Shown here: piece by piece, positions 27,616-37,622 of the stretch | Layout: each line of letters begins with the position of its first letter | Numbering within the stretch: the stretch's first letter is position 1 | Virus record (IMG/VR): IMGVR_UViG_3300014656_000015 | Length of the DNA: 64,000 nt | Strand: one strand, 5' to 3' | Source of the DNA: a virus | Notes under the pieces: model-generated | Databases searched by the model: none | Seen by the model: only the letters and a program-made list of their open reading frames with translations | What the model was told of the DNA's origin: nothing | Program-made: the position numbers and the translations under genes

Positions 27616-28382
27616 CCTGTTCCTCCCTTCCTTTCGCAAATCTCGGCCAAGGACTCGATCACATGGTACATCGTGCTCCTCGCCGCTTCCTTCCAGTACT
27701 CGTTCCGGTGCTCATCCTCGAGCTCCTCCTCGGTGAAGAAGGTACGTAGATCCAGAGACCCGGTCCGGGCCTGCTCGAAGAGCCGGGTCAGCACAAGGGG
27801 CAGGAGCGGGCTCGTGAAGTCGTACCGGTCCTGGGCCCCGCTCACCTCCAGCGCCATGACACCGGCCAGCTGTTCCTTGCTGACACCATGAAAAGCCTCG
27901 GACTCCTTGACAACGGTCTCCGCCCAACCATCAAGCCTGGAGATGATGACCCGCTGCAGGAGCCTTGATTCCTCCGGATCACCGGTCCAGTTGAACAGGG
28001 CGCCGGCGTGGTGCGTCCCGGATACCCGAAGCAACAATCTGGCGTCCTCGAGCGGGAGCAGGCCCTGGTCGTACTCTATGGCAACCCGGCACAGATAGCC
28101 GGTGCAGACAGCGGGCCGGTACGCCTCGTGCACCGTGCATCGGGACCGGCCATCCACCATCTGCTGGAAGTAGCACGGCATGATGATACGATGTGACCGT
28201 CCCCTGGCTGCCGCAGCGGTGTCCGCAAGTGAGGACCCGCCTGGTTCCGAGAAGACCCCGGGGGCTATTCCGTGCTCCCGACACATCCGCCCCGCCTCCT
28301 CCTCCGAGACATGTGCGATCAGGATGCGGCAGCAGATGCCGCAGTACGAACAGATCTCATCGATTCGTTCCGTGTTCGACAT
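27612..28382 (-). CDS. YkgJ-like CxxCxxCC protein
   Basis: CSYCGICC...PCYF...CTVHEAYRPAVCTGYLC. Confidence 0.75.
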   Translation of the reverse strand: MSNTERIDEICSYCGICCRILIAHVSEEEAGRMCREHGIAPGVFSEPGGSSLADTAAAARGRSHRIIMPCYFQQMVDGRSRCTVHEAYRPAVCTGYLCRVAIEYDQGLLPLEDARLLLRVSGTHHAGALFNWTGDPEESRLLQRVIISRLDGWAETVVKESEAFHGVSKEQLAGVMALEVSGAQDRYDFTSPLLPLVLTRLFEQARTGSLDLRTFFTEEELEDEHRNEYWKEAARSTMYHVIESLAEICERKGGTG

Positions 28383-28387
28383 TCGCC

Positions 28388-28828
28388 CTACTCGTCTTCC
28401 TCTTCCTCTTCCTCCTCTTCCTCCGATCCCTTCGGACCAAGCAGCTGGCGAAGCGGAATCCGAGTAGGGGTGCCGCCACTTGACTCCGGCGATACTTGCC
28501 GCGGCGTCGAGGCGCGGAGACCTAACATGGCGTATCCAATCTTGTCCGCCCACGGACTCTCGTCGAACGCGGCTGCGTCACCCTGCGAGATCCGGTTGTT
28601 CTTGTCCATGTCCCGGATCATGATGAGCGCCTCCTCGTAGCGCTCCGGAGCTATCCCGTTCGGCCACAACGCCCGCATCGCGGCGGCACTGGCCCACGTC
28701 GAGTCCCCATAGGCCCTGTTCTTGCGGTCCACGAGAACGGCGGCGTCCAGCGCCATCTGGAGCCAGGCCACATCCTCGATTCCGGTCTCCTCCTGGATCG
28801 CGCTCAGGAGCTCCGGGTCGATCCTCAT
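28388..28828 (-). CDS. MazG-like nucleotide-modification-associated protein (DUF1599/Nmad1-like)
   Basis: RKNRAYGDS...DKNNRI...ESPWADKIGYAML; acidic tail. Confidence 0.7.
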   Translation of the reverse strand: MRIDPELLSAIQEETGIEDVAWLQMALDAAVLVDRKNRAYGDSTWASAAAMRALWPNGIAPERYEEALIMIRDMDKNNRISQGDAAAFDESPWADKIGYAMLGLRASTPRQVSPESSGGTPTRIPLRQLLGPKGSEEEEEEEEEDE

Positions 28829-30066
28829 CTTGCTCCCTCCTCATCGCTGCACCTCGACGATCTTGATACCACACAGCCCCGTCCGGCTCGAACGATGAAC
28901 CCCTTCTGCAAGGGTCTCCTCACCGCGTTCCGAACGTAGCGAGACAGGTCTCCCTTCTTCCTCTTGGTAGCCTTGATCCTCTCCTCACCGAAGATGGAGA
29001 TGGCCAGGTCCTCGAGGTTGACCGGATGGTCATGGTAGACCCTATGCAGGATTGCCACGAGCATGGACTCGAACTGCGTCAAGCCACGTGGTGTGAGACC
29101 AGGCTTCCCAACCAGATCCCTGGCCTGCTTCAACAAGTCCAGTGACTTCTCACTTCCCATCACTTCCTCCTCCTTCTCTTCCTTGCCTCGAGACTTCGGT
29201 AAATAAGCCTCTAGCGTGTCACAGCGACTCCCATCGACCCGAGCCACGATTCCCCAATGGGTTGGTAGTGGGAGTCGTGGAGTGCTATAGCCCTCCCGTA
29301 CCCCCAACACGAAGGCACGACGCCTGTGTTGTGGAACCCCATACCCAGCCGCATCCAGGACGTCGGCACAAACATTGAAGCCTTGCCGGTTGGCCTCTGT
29401 GAAGAATGCCTCCCGGAGCTCCCGGAACGCGTCCTGGGTCAGGAGCGGCGGCACGTTCTCCATGGCAAAGCCGCTCGGCTCCAGCTCACCAATCACTCGC
29501 AGGAACTCGAGGATGAGGTTGTTGCGTGGGTCCGTGGGGCTTTGCTTGCCTGCCTTGGAGAAGCCCTGGCACGGCGGTCCTCCGAAGACTATCGAGACCT
29601 CACCCTTGCGCATCCCGAGAGCATCGAGGAGCAGGGACCCGGTGACCTTCCTGATGTCACCGATCACCATTACTCTGCACCCACCACTCCTCACCATGGA
29701 ATTCGCACCGAATATGGCTGGGTCGTCCAAGGCAGGCCACTTCTCCCCCCCATTACTCCTCCTGGCCTCTTTCCTGACCTCCTTCTCGAACCGGGCCCGG
29801 TCCGCCTCCTCCACGAAGAGCCAGCGCCCACCCGGAGCCCCCAGGTTCAGGACGTAGGTGGCGGCTGCCGTCACGTCCCGCTCGACCGCTGCAATCACGT
29901 CGATCCCACCCTGGTGCATGCCCAGGGAGAAGCCGCCGCAGCCAGCGAAGAGGTCGATGCCGGTCATCGGGAGCTCCGGGGCCGCCGGGAGCAGGATGCC
30001 ACCCGGGCTCAGCTCGTAACCAGGCGGGGCAAAGCTGTAGTTCTGCACAGCCACATAGGGTGTCAT
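28825..30066 (-). CDS. C5 cytosine DNA methyltransferase N-terminal part (motifs I-VIII) fused in frame to an unrelated ORF
   Basis: DLFAGCGG, GGPPCQGFS, ENV, GVPQHRRR present; motifs IX/X not seen; internal RBS+ATG at 29160. Confidence 0.85.
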   Translation of the reverse strand: MTPYVAVQNYSFAPPGYELSPGGILLPAAPELPMTGIDLFAGCGGFSLGMHQGGIDVIAAVERDVTAAATYVLNLGAPGGRWLFVEEADRARFEKEVRKEARRSNGGEKWPALDDPAIFGANSMVRSGGCRVMVIGDIRKVTGSLLLDALGMRKGEVSIVFGGPPCQGFSKAGKQSPTDPRNNLILEFLRVIGELEPSGFAMENVPPLLTQDAFRELREAFFTEANRQGFNVCADVLDAAGYGVPQHRRRAFVLGVREGYSTPRLPLPTHWGIVARVDGSRCDTLEAYLPKSRGKEEKEEEVMGSEKSLDLLKQARDLVGKPGLTPRGLTQFESMLVAILHRVYHDHPVNLEDLAISIFGEERIKATKRKKGDLSRYVRNAVRRPLQKGFIVRAGRGCVVSRSSRCSDEEGAR

Positions 30067-30299
30067 GCGACCTCCCTCAGATAATTCGAGAGGTCCTGCC
30101 GTTGCTCGAAGTTGAGATGGTAGTGCATGACCTCTGCCAGCACCGCGTAGGCCACGGATGGTGGCAACTCCTGTAGTCCATTGAATGTATCGGAGCGGTT
30201 CCCATTGACGAAGGTGGTGGCCAGCTCCTCAGCCCTACACGCTATCCATGTAGCCCGGGCCCGACACCCAATGGGCACCTGATTCTCATCATCCATCAC
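30063..30299 (-). CDS. hypothetical protein
   Basis: ATGGAAAGGAG RBS, downstream of TATAAG at 30335-30340. Confidence 0.7.
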   Translation of the reverse strand: MMDDENQVPIGCRARATWIACRAEELATTFVNGNRSDTFNGLQELPPSVAYAVLAEVMHYHLNFEQRQDLSNYLREVA

Positions 30300-30394
30300 T
30301 TTCTCCTTTCCATCGCATCGAAGACGCTCAGGCCCTTATACCAGGATCGAGATCGGTGTCGCGCACCGGCCCCGGCTCGTGCTACGATACTGCG

Positions 30395-30922
30395 ATGACC
30401 TTCCTCGAGTACTTCAGCGAGTCGGTACGGCACATCTACCTGGTGGAGCGTTCCGAGTCCAGGTTGATGCGGCTGTGTAACCTCGGTCTCCGCATCACGA
30501 ACCGGCTCGGGTGGTCCAGCATCAAGAACTTCATGACGGCGTACTGCACCACCATCGCCCGTACCATCTATGCCCACCCACGCTGGCCCCGGGACATGCA
30601 GCCGCGTCCCCTGATGGTTCACGAGCTGACCCACGTGTTGCAGTGGAGCCTGCTCTACGCCCTGCGCTATCTCCTCAGCAAGAGGTGGCGGCTGCGCTAT
30701 GAGAGCGAGGCGATCCAGACCGAGATGCTCTGCTTCGATTATTGTCGCACCACGGACTACATCAGGGCTCGGGCCGAGGACCTCGTCGACTACGGGCTTG
30801 GTAAGGAAGAGGCATCTAGTCATCTGGTCCTGCTCCTGCTCCACGCACAGAAGCGTGATGAGCTGGAGCCCAACGCCAGGAAAGTATGGGAGGCATATCG
30901 TGCCTGGAATCGCACGGGGTAA
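30395..30922 (+). CDS. HExxH zincin-like metallopeptidase (DUF4157-like)
   Basis: MVHELTHVLQ...YESEA; extended -10 TGCTACGAT 6 nt upstream. Confidence 0.75.
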   Translation: MTFLEYFSESVRHIYLVERSESRLMRLCNLGLRITNRLGWSSIKNFMTAYCTTIARTIYAHPRWPRDMQPRPLMVHELTHVLQWSLLYALRYLLSKRWRLRYESEAIQTEMLCFDYCRTTDYIRARAEDLVDYGLGKEEASSHLVLLLLHAQKRDELEPNARKVWEAYRAWNRTG

Positions 30923-31316
30923 GACCAGGGTCCGGATCGTCCTGCAGAAGGAGACCAGGACTTTCCTGGATCGTGAGCTGCAGCGGATCTGGTACAAGCA
31001 CGGATTGCGCATCGGGCTGAGCGAGCTGATGGAGCTGCTCGTGGAGCAGCACCGGTGCAACGTGGACCGGGCCCTCACCCAGGAAGATGAGGCCATCATC
31101 CTCCTGTTCAAGGAGCGGGAGCATGTCCGGAAACGTTCTCTTCTGGGGCGATCCGCCACCGGAGAACGCCAGCTTCCAGGAGCTGGTCGAGTACCTCAGG
31201 CCGAAGTCCCGGGACGAAGTGCTCCGGTGGAAACCGCGGCCCAGGACTTCCCAGCCGACGACCTCGAACAAGAGCTCGGATCCCCTGCTGGACTCCCTTG
31301 GGCTGACGCGGGATGA
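30900..31316 (+). CDS. putative RHH-like DNA-binding protein
   Basis: GGGAGG RBS before GTG; TRVRIVL...IGLSELMELLV. Confidence 0.5.
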   Translation: MPGIARGKTRVRIVLQKETRTFLDRELQRIWYKHGLRIGLSELMELLVEQHRCNVDRALTQEDEAIILLFKEREHVRKRSLLGRSATGERQLPGAGRVPQAEVPGRSAPVETAAQDFPADDLEQELGSPAGLPWADAG

Positions 31317-31593
31317 CTTCCTTCGCCTTGCCGAGGATGAGCCCGATCTGTGGGAAGCGAACGAGCTCGGGCTGATTCAGGACCGTGCCGTGCCGCCTCG
31401 GCTCCTCCCCGACCTCGTACAGCGCTGGGTCGAAGGCAGAGCATTGAAGAGGAGGACCCGAACCACGCCGAGCCCTGCGGCCCCAAGCACGGGGGTCACC
31501 ATCCCAGCATGGTTTGGGACACCCACAGTCCAACCCGAGCCGCCACGTACCGGACCGGATCCCGACGATAACTGGTGGGAGAAACGAAGCTAG
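31123..31593 (+). CDS. hypothetical protein
   Basis: AAGGAG RBS before MSGNVLFWG. Confidence 0.6.
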   Translation: MSGNVLFWGDPPPENASFQELVEYLRPKSRDEVLRWKPRPRTSQPTTSNKSSDPLLDSLGLTRDDFLRLAEDEPDLWEANELGLIQDRAVPPRLLPDLVQRWVEGRALKRRTRTTPSPAAPSTGVTIPAWFGTPTVQPEPPRTGPDPDDNWWEKRS

Positions 31594-32909
31594 TAGGTGG
31601 AGGGACCCACCCCGATGCCCTGACCGTAGACGTGGGGCTGGGTGCCCTGATCCAGCAGCTTGGATGCCCCGTACATGCCCAGACCCAACCCGAGCGGAAC
31701 CGTAGCTATTGCCCCACCCAGGCCCATACGGAGCCAGGGAACGCCCTTCGAGGTGGCTTGCGTAGCGGCAGTACCCGCTGTGGGATCGATGATTGGACCC
31801 GTGAAGGAAGCAGGAGCCGTACCCTTCCCCAGAGCTTCCCGTAGAACGGGTAGGGGAGCCTCTGCACCAGCAGCGGGACCGGGGAGCGGAAGATTGCCCA
31901 TATCCCGGTGTGCCTGATTGAGATTGAAGCTGCCGGGTTGCCGCAGCGCCTGTTCACCACCTGCAACACGGAAGGCTGCGGGGGGTGCCGTGGGCGGGTT
32001 GGTCCCCGACATCGCTTGCATCAGACCTCGATTCGTCCCCGCCTCAATTGGTGCGGCGGAGCCACCCCTGCTCATCAACTGTGAGAGGGAAGGAGGCTCA
32101 CCTACTGCAGGTGTTGGAGGCGCAAGGCCCTCTGCCAGGGGTCGTGGCGGGGGCTCCTTACCTATGAGACGAGAGAGTAGCCCCTGCTCGGGGGTAGCGG
32201 TCACCGGTGCTTCCGCTTCGAGACGAGAAATGAGACTCTCCGGCCCCGGACCGGGCGCGCCACGCGCTCGAGCCGCCAGCAGATCCCGCGGTTTTCCGCT
32301 CTTCCCGGAACGTATGATCCAGTCCGCATCTTCAACGCCGATACCCTCGAGCTCGGCCAGGCGTTGTGCCCCGGGTGCGAGTCCACGTGGAGCGGGGGCT
32401 GCAACCGGAGGAGACGGTGCTCGAGCCACACTCCCGGCTACGGGTACCGGAGCTCCTGATACGGGACGGGGGCCGGGCCCTGGGGGTGCCACCGGCACTT
32501 TGGGTGCGGCCAGGACTCCCCCACCCGGAGGCATCGCCGCGGGCCGAGGCGCAACAACGGAAGCCGGAGCTTTCGGTGCAATCAGCGAGGCCGGTGCCCT
32601 GTAGGCACGCGGCATTCCTAGCTCCTTGACGGCCTGGCTGGCCAATCCTTGCGCTCTGACGTTCCTGGCACTGGCCACAGCGGCGTCCATGATACCAGTC
32701 ATGCCACGGGGACGAGTGAGGGCCTTGACGACGCCACCTGCCGCCGCCGCACCCCTCGCTACAGTGGAGGGCCCGAGCCCTATCTTCACCATCTCGAGTC
32801 GAGCCAGGCTCTGCCCCATCAGCACGGAGTCAGCGGTGCGCTGGCTCAGCGCGGCGAGCTTGACGAAGTGCTCCTGGGAGAGCTGACTGAAGAGCTCGGC
32901 GTCAGTCAT
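31590..32909 (-). CDS. Pro/Ala-rich putative internal virion protein
   Basis: Coupled to the tube gene; VKLA and VKIG sites; C-terminal Gly-rich hydrophobic segment. Confidence 0.65.
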   Translation of the reverse strand: MTDAELFSQLSQEHFVKLAALSQRTADSVLMGQSLARLEMVKIGLGPSTVARGAAAAGGVVKALTRPRGMTGIMDAAVASARNVRAQGLASQAVKELGMPRAYRAPASLIAPKAPASVVAPRPAAMPPGGGVLAAPKVPVAPPGPGPRPVSGAPVPVAGSVARAPSPPVAAPAPRGLAPGAQRLAELEGIGVEDADWIIRSGKSGKPRDLLAARARGAPGPGPESLISRLEAEAPVTATPEQGLLSRLIGKEPPPRPLAEGLAPPTPAVGEPPSLSQLMSRGGSAAPIEAGTNRGLMQAMSGTNPPTAPPAAFRVAGGEQALRQPGSFNLNQAHRDMGNLPLPGPAAGAEAPLPVLREALGKGTAPASFTGPIIDPTAGTAATQATSKGVPWLRMGLGGAIATVPLGLGLGMYGASKLLDQGTQPHVYGQGIGVGPSTY

Positions 32910-33634
32910 CACGCGGCCTCGGAGATCTCCTCGGCGGCGGACTCGAGCCCGGTGAGCAGGCTGACCGCACGCACATTGACCGGCTTCATCCGTTCGTACT
33001 GCAGACCAACGCTCTCCTGAACCACCATGCCCTGGGAGTCCACAGCCCACTGGTGCGCCGGGACCGTGACCTGCTCGAAGTAGACCGCACCCATCGTGTC
33101 AACGTTCGAGTTGCGCACGTACATCAGGATGCCGATGGGCTGGTTGAAGAGGTCCGATGCCAGGTTCAGGAACAGGTTCTCGTAGCCTGGCGGGACCAGG
33201 ACGTCGTGCGGGTTCGGGTTGACGACCGTGGTCGGGTAGACCTGCGGGATCTGGATCCGACCCGTGAGGTCCTGATAGTAGGCGTAGAGCACGCGGAGCA
33301 GGCTCATCCCGTCGTAGTAGACCCGGGTCAGCGAGAGCTGCCCCGTGGACCGCCCCGCGATCTGGTAGCTCCGCTCACTGCCCAGCTCCCAGATCCGGAC
33401 GAACTGCTTGTTCTGCTGCAGCGCGACGTTCTGGATGATACCGAGCGGATACACGATGTCCGAGGTGCCCCGGGTCGAAACGTCACTGATGTCGTTGGCC
33501 AGCGCCATCGAGGCGAGGCGTGGGGGTCCAGCAGCCAGCATGGTGTAGCCGCCAGCGATGTAGCGGCCATCCACGAGGCCCCGCTGAACGTAGTGATTCA
33601 TGGGGTCCCAGCTATCGAAAGGTCCACCTGCCAT
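32909..33634 (-). CDS. tail tube-like protein
   Basis: Downstream of the sheath; RIWELGS..SYQI.G...LSLTRV, VQESVGLQYE pattern. Confidence 0.7.
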   Translation of the reverse strand: MAGGPFDSWDPMNHYVQRGLVDGRYIAGGYTMLAAGPPRLASMALANDISDVSTRGTSDIVYPLGIIQNVALQQNKQFVRIWELGSERSYQIAGRSTGQLSLTRVYYDGMSLLRVLYAYYQDLTGRIQIPQVYPTTVVNPNPHDVLVPPGYENLFLNLASDLFNQPIGILMYVRNSNVDTMGAVYFEQVTVPAHQWAVDSQGMVVQESVGLQYERMKPVNVRAVSLLTGLESAAEEISEAA

Positions 33635-33667
33635 TGTTCGGCCTCCGTTACCCTACTGTAGCACTAC

Positions 33668-34459
33668 TCAAGCCCTCTTGAAATGGAGATCTCCGGTCTC
33701 CTTGCTGGTGAGGGGGGCGAGTAGGATGCCGCCCTTCCTGGCAAGACGCTGACTATCGGCGCGGTCCATGATCATGGAGAAGGCTCGGCTCGTCAACTCC
33801 CGACCCAGCTGGGTCCGGGATGGCGGAACGTAGGCGGACCCGCCCGGCATTACCTGGGTGCTGGTGTAGAGATCGGTGCCTTTCGGTGCGATCTCCCGCA
33901 CAATTTCCTTGGCCTCGTCCTCCGTTACCCGCTCCGTCTTCATGCTCCGAGCCAGATGGGAGAGGGCGGTGGATCCGGCCCAGGTCCCGATGGTGCGGGT
34001 ACCGAGCTGGGCCACGGGGTGCAGCCGGGTCCTGGCCAGCACCGCTGCCAGCAGATCCATGGTGGGCGGGATCGCGTAGGTGCCCGCCATGGCCACGAGC
34101 TGGGCCCGTGCCTTAGTATCCACTGGACCCCGTGCCTTCAGTGCCCGGTACGCTTTGAGCGAGACCGTGGCCTCGTCCAGAACCCCGGGGATGGCGGCCA
34201 GTGCCCCGATGAGAGGCATGGTGGGACCCGGAGGGGCGCCGCCGCCCAGTGTGGATACGAGCTGGCCCGCGACGGTTCCGGTACGGGCCGAGCCCGAGAC
34301 GACTCGACCCACGTAGTGGAGCTTCGGTAATAGCTTCCCGCTCTCCGCGGCATGCGCCGCTTCGTGTGCTACCAGGGCGGGGGAGTACAGGGATTGTTCC
34401 GTCTCCACAGCGATCTTGCGGAGCTCGTCGGCAAAGCCTGCTGCGCCTACCCACTCCAT
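33668..34459 (-). CDS. putative packaged zinc metallopeptidase
   Basis: GFADELRKIA tag followed by AHEAAHA and a downstream DEA. Confidence 0.65.
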   Translation of the reverse strand: MEWVGAAGFADELRKIAVETEQSLYSPALVAHEAAHAAESGKLLPKLHYVGRVVSGSARTGTVAGQLVSTLGGGAPPGPTMPLIGALAAIPGVLDEATVSLKAYRALKARGPVDTKARAQLVAMAGTYAIPPTMDLLAAVLARTRLHPVAQLGTRTIGTWAGSTALSHLARSMKTERVTEDEAKEIVREIAPKGTDLYTSTQVMPGGSAYVPPSRTQLGRELTSRAFSMIMDRADSQRLARKGGILLAPLTSKETGDLHFKRA

Positions 34460-34474
34460 CGGCTCCGTTCCGGA

Positions 34475-37400
34475 TCAGATGACCAGCTCGAGGTCGATGC
34501 CGTTGAGTGGGCTCTTGACGCCAAGGTAGCAGGTGCCCCGGGCCCTGGTGGGATCCGTGGCGCTCTGCTCCAGGCTGTTGATCCGAGCCGTGTTCACCGC
34601 CTTCTTCTCGTCGGTCAGCCAGAGGCTCAGGCCCTCCGAGATCATGCTGAGCCCATCCAGGAACGCCTGCGTGATGTTGTTCCGACCAATGTACCGGCGG
34701 AGCCCGGCCCGGTAGAACTTGGCGCAGAAGTCGACCACCTTCACCACACTCTGCTCCCGGGTCTTCCAGGAGGTGGAGTCAGTTGTGACCTGATGCCTCG
34801 AGTAGACCGGACCCGTGTCCTCGCCGGCCTGGATAATGATGTCGGCGCCACCCGCCGCCATCTGGTTCATCTGCCTGCGGGTGTACCGATCCGAGGTTCC
34901 GGTTACCCGGGTGAAGCCCGCCATGGTCCGCTTGGTCAGCGGGGTGTCCGGGTCGAGCCCGGCCACCTGGCCCACCTTGGCCGCACAGGCGTAGAACCCG
35001 TCCACGGCTTGCTCCACGCCATCCACCGTGGCATAGAGCTGGTTCAGGTAGAGCATCCACATGCGCCGATCGAAGAAGCTGGTGCCGCGGTTATATACCG
35101 TGGTCACCTCGTCGTCCTTGTCCGAGATCGTGGCACCGCGCACCTTCACGCTGAAGCTCTCCGAGACCAGGGCAGCGGGGAAGGTGCCGGTGGCGTAGAA
35201 GCTGTCGTCGTTCTCGCCGGCTGCGAACACGATGTTGGTCTGCACGATGGTACCGCCGAGGATGGCCCCCGTGATGTTCCAACGATACGCATCGTAGGCC
35301 ACGTCCAGGAAGACGCCGTCGGACACGGCAATCGCGGTCGGATCGATGCCGAGCGCCTGCAGCGCAGCGGTCAGCGTCGGGATCTTGGTGTCGAACGTGG
35401 TCGTGGTCGGCACCGTGTCACCATCGTTGCCGCTGACCACGATCTCGTCCACCTTGCGCGTGGGCACCGCGAGGTGGAAGGCGCAGATCCGCTCCCCGCC
35501 CATGTCCGGGTCGCTCATCGCATCGACATGGGTCTGCATGATGGTGGCCACGTCGAGGTCGGAGCACATCGGTGCGATGCCGTAGACCTCCTTGGACTCG
35601 AGGAAGTCGAGGGCCGAGGCGAAGCCGGTTATGGTGCCGTCCGGCTTGTCCGCGGAAACCTCGTGCACCCCGAGCCCATAGATACGGGTATCCGGTGCGT
35701 TCAGCATGGCGATGTAGAGCCCGTAGGCCAGCGGGTTCTCCGGGGAGACCGGGGGCAACGCCGCCTCCAGCGCGTCGTAGCTGTCGAAGCCGTAGGTGGT
35801 TGGGTTCGTGGCCTGCGACGTCACGTCGGTCCGCAGTGCGTTGAACATGAGGTAGAGGTTGACCGCGACGGTGACGATGGGCTGGCCCAGGCTGTCCCGG
35901 AGGATGTCGTGCTTGATCCAGACATCGCCATTCGTGTCCACCATCAGATCCGGGGTCGGTACGGTCACACCCCACTGCGTGCTGCTCACCGCGTCCAGGT
36001 TCTTGGCAATGATGTACCACGTGGTGTAGGTGGCCGTGGTTGCCACCTCCCGATCCAGCTTCACGTACCCCGACACGGCCCCAGGGTGCGTCTCGATGAC
36101 GTAGCCGAGCAGTGCATTGTCCGCATAGAGCGCATCGCCTTGCCGCACGTTGAACGCGGTGCCGTAGTACGCACCTGCCGTCATGCCGAGCCCGTTCGGG
36201 GACGCGACGAGACCGGTCGATTCGGTGTGGAGCTCGATCTTGCTCTCGTAGCCACTCGTGGTCGACGTCAGCTTGACCAGGTTGGCGCCCGTGATCGAGG
36301 CGATGCTCGCCCCCAGCACGTTGTTGATCTGGGTCTCGATGGCAACGCGGGGACCCGCCCCACCGGTGGCCAGGAGCTGGGTATACGCGGTCACATGTGC
36401 ATTCAGGAACGCTTCGTTCAGTGAGTCCAGGGTGACCCGGATCGCGTTGTTCGGGTTGGCCGCGGCAGCCGCGGTCGGATCCGCACCGTAGACGAGTCCG
36501 ATGTAGTTGCCGGCCGGGGCCACGTTGCCGCTGGCGTCGGAGCGGAACGCGATGTTGACGCTCCACCATGCCTGGGACGCCACGTTGAGCTGAGAGATGA
36601 TGGCCGCGATGTCAGCGGCTCCCGCAACGGCACAGATCTGCGAGCTGCCGTTGACACTGATCGTGATGTTGGAGGTGTGCGGGAAGGTCCAGGCTGGGCC
36701 AGTGGAGTCCGTCGAGATGACCGGGTCGCCGCAGAGCGTGACGGTCTGCTTCCCGCTTCCGTCCACCTGAAGCACCAGGGTCTTGCCGTGCAGCGCCTTG
36801 CCCGTGCTGACATCGGTGGTACCCGTATGCGTCGCCGCACCCGGTGTAGCCAACAGGTTCTCGTTGAGGTCGAGGAGCGGGGTGAGCAGGTCCCCATCAC
36901 CGTCGTTGACGACCGTGATCGTGGAGCCGCGCCGCAGGAAGCTCTGGGTTCGCAGCGCCTCCAGGTTGTAGGAGGTCAGGTTCATGAAGGCCCGGATCGA
37001 GCTCTCGATGATGTCGCGCTGCGTCCCGAGGCTCTTCGGATCCGGGAAGCTGCTCTGCTTGAGCAGGATCTTGTCCTGGATATAGGAGCCCACCCCGTAG
37101 TAGGTGTAGCCCTTGCCGTACCCAAGCTGATCCGGGGCATCGAGCAGGGTCCCACCCACGATCTGGATCGTCTTGTCCGCACCGGTCCCCGTGGTTCGCA
37201 GCTGCAGGTAGATCTTGGCCGTGGCCGGATTGGTCCAGGTGTACGCGTAGAACCCGGAGGGGGCCACGGTAGCCGTGTTGATGGCAGCCGCCACCTGGGC
37301 CGCGGTGAGTGCCGCCGTGTTCGGCATGGTGAAGCTCTGCAGCGGACCCCCGTTGACCCGGAGCGTGAGCGTCTTCAGCGCCATCGCCGTGTACAGGGAC

Positions 37401-37606
37401 TGGTCCTTGGGAGCCGTCGCCACGGCGGGGCCATCCACCAGGATGTCGGAGTTGAGCTGCCCCGAAGCTGTGTTCAGCTCGTAGATCTCGTAGCATGCCC
37501 CCACAATCATGGCGGCAAGGGATGGGACGACAATGGTCGGCACATCCGTGGTATAGGTCTGCGTTACCCTGACATCGGGCTCGGCAAGCTCAGGAATACT
37601 CGCCAT
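34475..37606 (-). CDS. tail sheath protein
   Basis: 1043 aa; N-terminal PDVRVTQ; C-terminal SRHQVTT...REQSVVKVVDF...YIGRNNIT...PLNGIDLEL. Confidence 0.9.
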   Translation of the reverse strand: MASIPELAEPDVRVTQTYTTDVPTIVVPSLAAMIVGACYEIYELNTASGQLNSDILVDGPAVATAPKDQSLYTAMALKTLTLRVNGGPLQSFTMPNTAALTAAQVAAAINTATVAPSGFYAYTWTNPATAKIYLQLRTTGTGADKTIQIVGGTLLDAPDQLGYGKGYTYYGVGSYIQDKILLKQSSFPDPKSLGTQRDIIESSIRAFMNLTSYNLEALRTQSFLRRGSTITVVNDGDGDLLTPLLDLNENLLATPGAATHTGTTDVSTGKALHGKTLVLQVDGSGKQTVTLCGDPVISTDSTGPAWTFPHTSNITISVNGSSQICAVAGAADIAAIISQLNVASQAWWSVNIAFRSDASGNVAPAGNYIGLVYGADPTAAAAANPNNAIRVTLDSLNEAFLNAHVTAYTQLLATGGAGPRVAIETQINNVLGASIASITGANLVKLTSTTSGYESKIELHTESTGLVASPNGLGMTAGAYYGTAFNVRQGDALYADNALLGYVIETHPGAVSGYVKLDREVATTATYTTWYIIAKNLDAVSSTQWGVTVPTPDLMVDTNGDVWIKHDILRDSLGQPIVTVAVNLYLMFNALRTDVTSQATNPTTYGFDSYDALEAALPPVSPENPLAYGLYIAMLNAPDTRIYGLGVHEVSADKPDGTITGFASALDFLESKEVYGIAPMCSDLDVATIMQTHVDAMSDPDMGGERICAFHLAVPTRKVDEIVVSGNDGDTVPTTTTFDTKIPTLTAALQALGIDPTAIAVSDGVFLDVAYDAYRWNITGAILGGTIVQTNIVFAAGENDDSFYATGTFPAALVSESFSVKVRGATISDKDDEVTTVYNRGTSFFDRRMWMLYLNQLYATVDGVEQAVDGFYACAAKVGQVAGLDPDTPLTKRTMAGFTRVTGTSDRYTRRQMNQMAAGGADIIIQAGEDTGPVYSRHQVTTDSTSWKTREQSVVKVVDFCAKFYRAGLRRYIGRNNITQAFLDGLSMISEGLSLWLTDEKKAVNTARINSLEQSATDPTRARGTCYLGVKSPLNGIDLELVI

Positions 37607-37622
37607 GTTGCACCTCTCCTGG

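Noticed and set aside
11192-31316. Several 60-200 nt gene overlaps suggesting an alternative genetic code or stop reassignment
   Set aside because: No common codon occurs at the expected ends; TAG, TGA and TAA all act as stops; run-on is plausible at high GC
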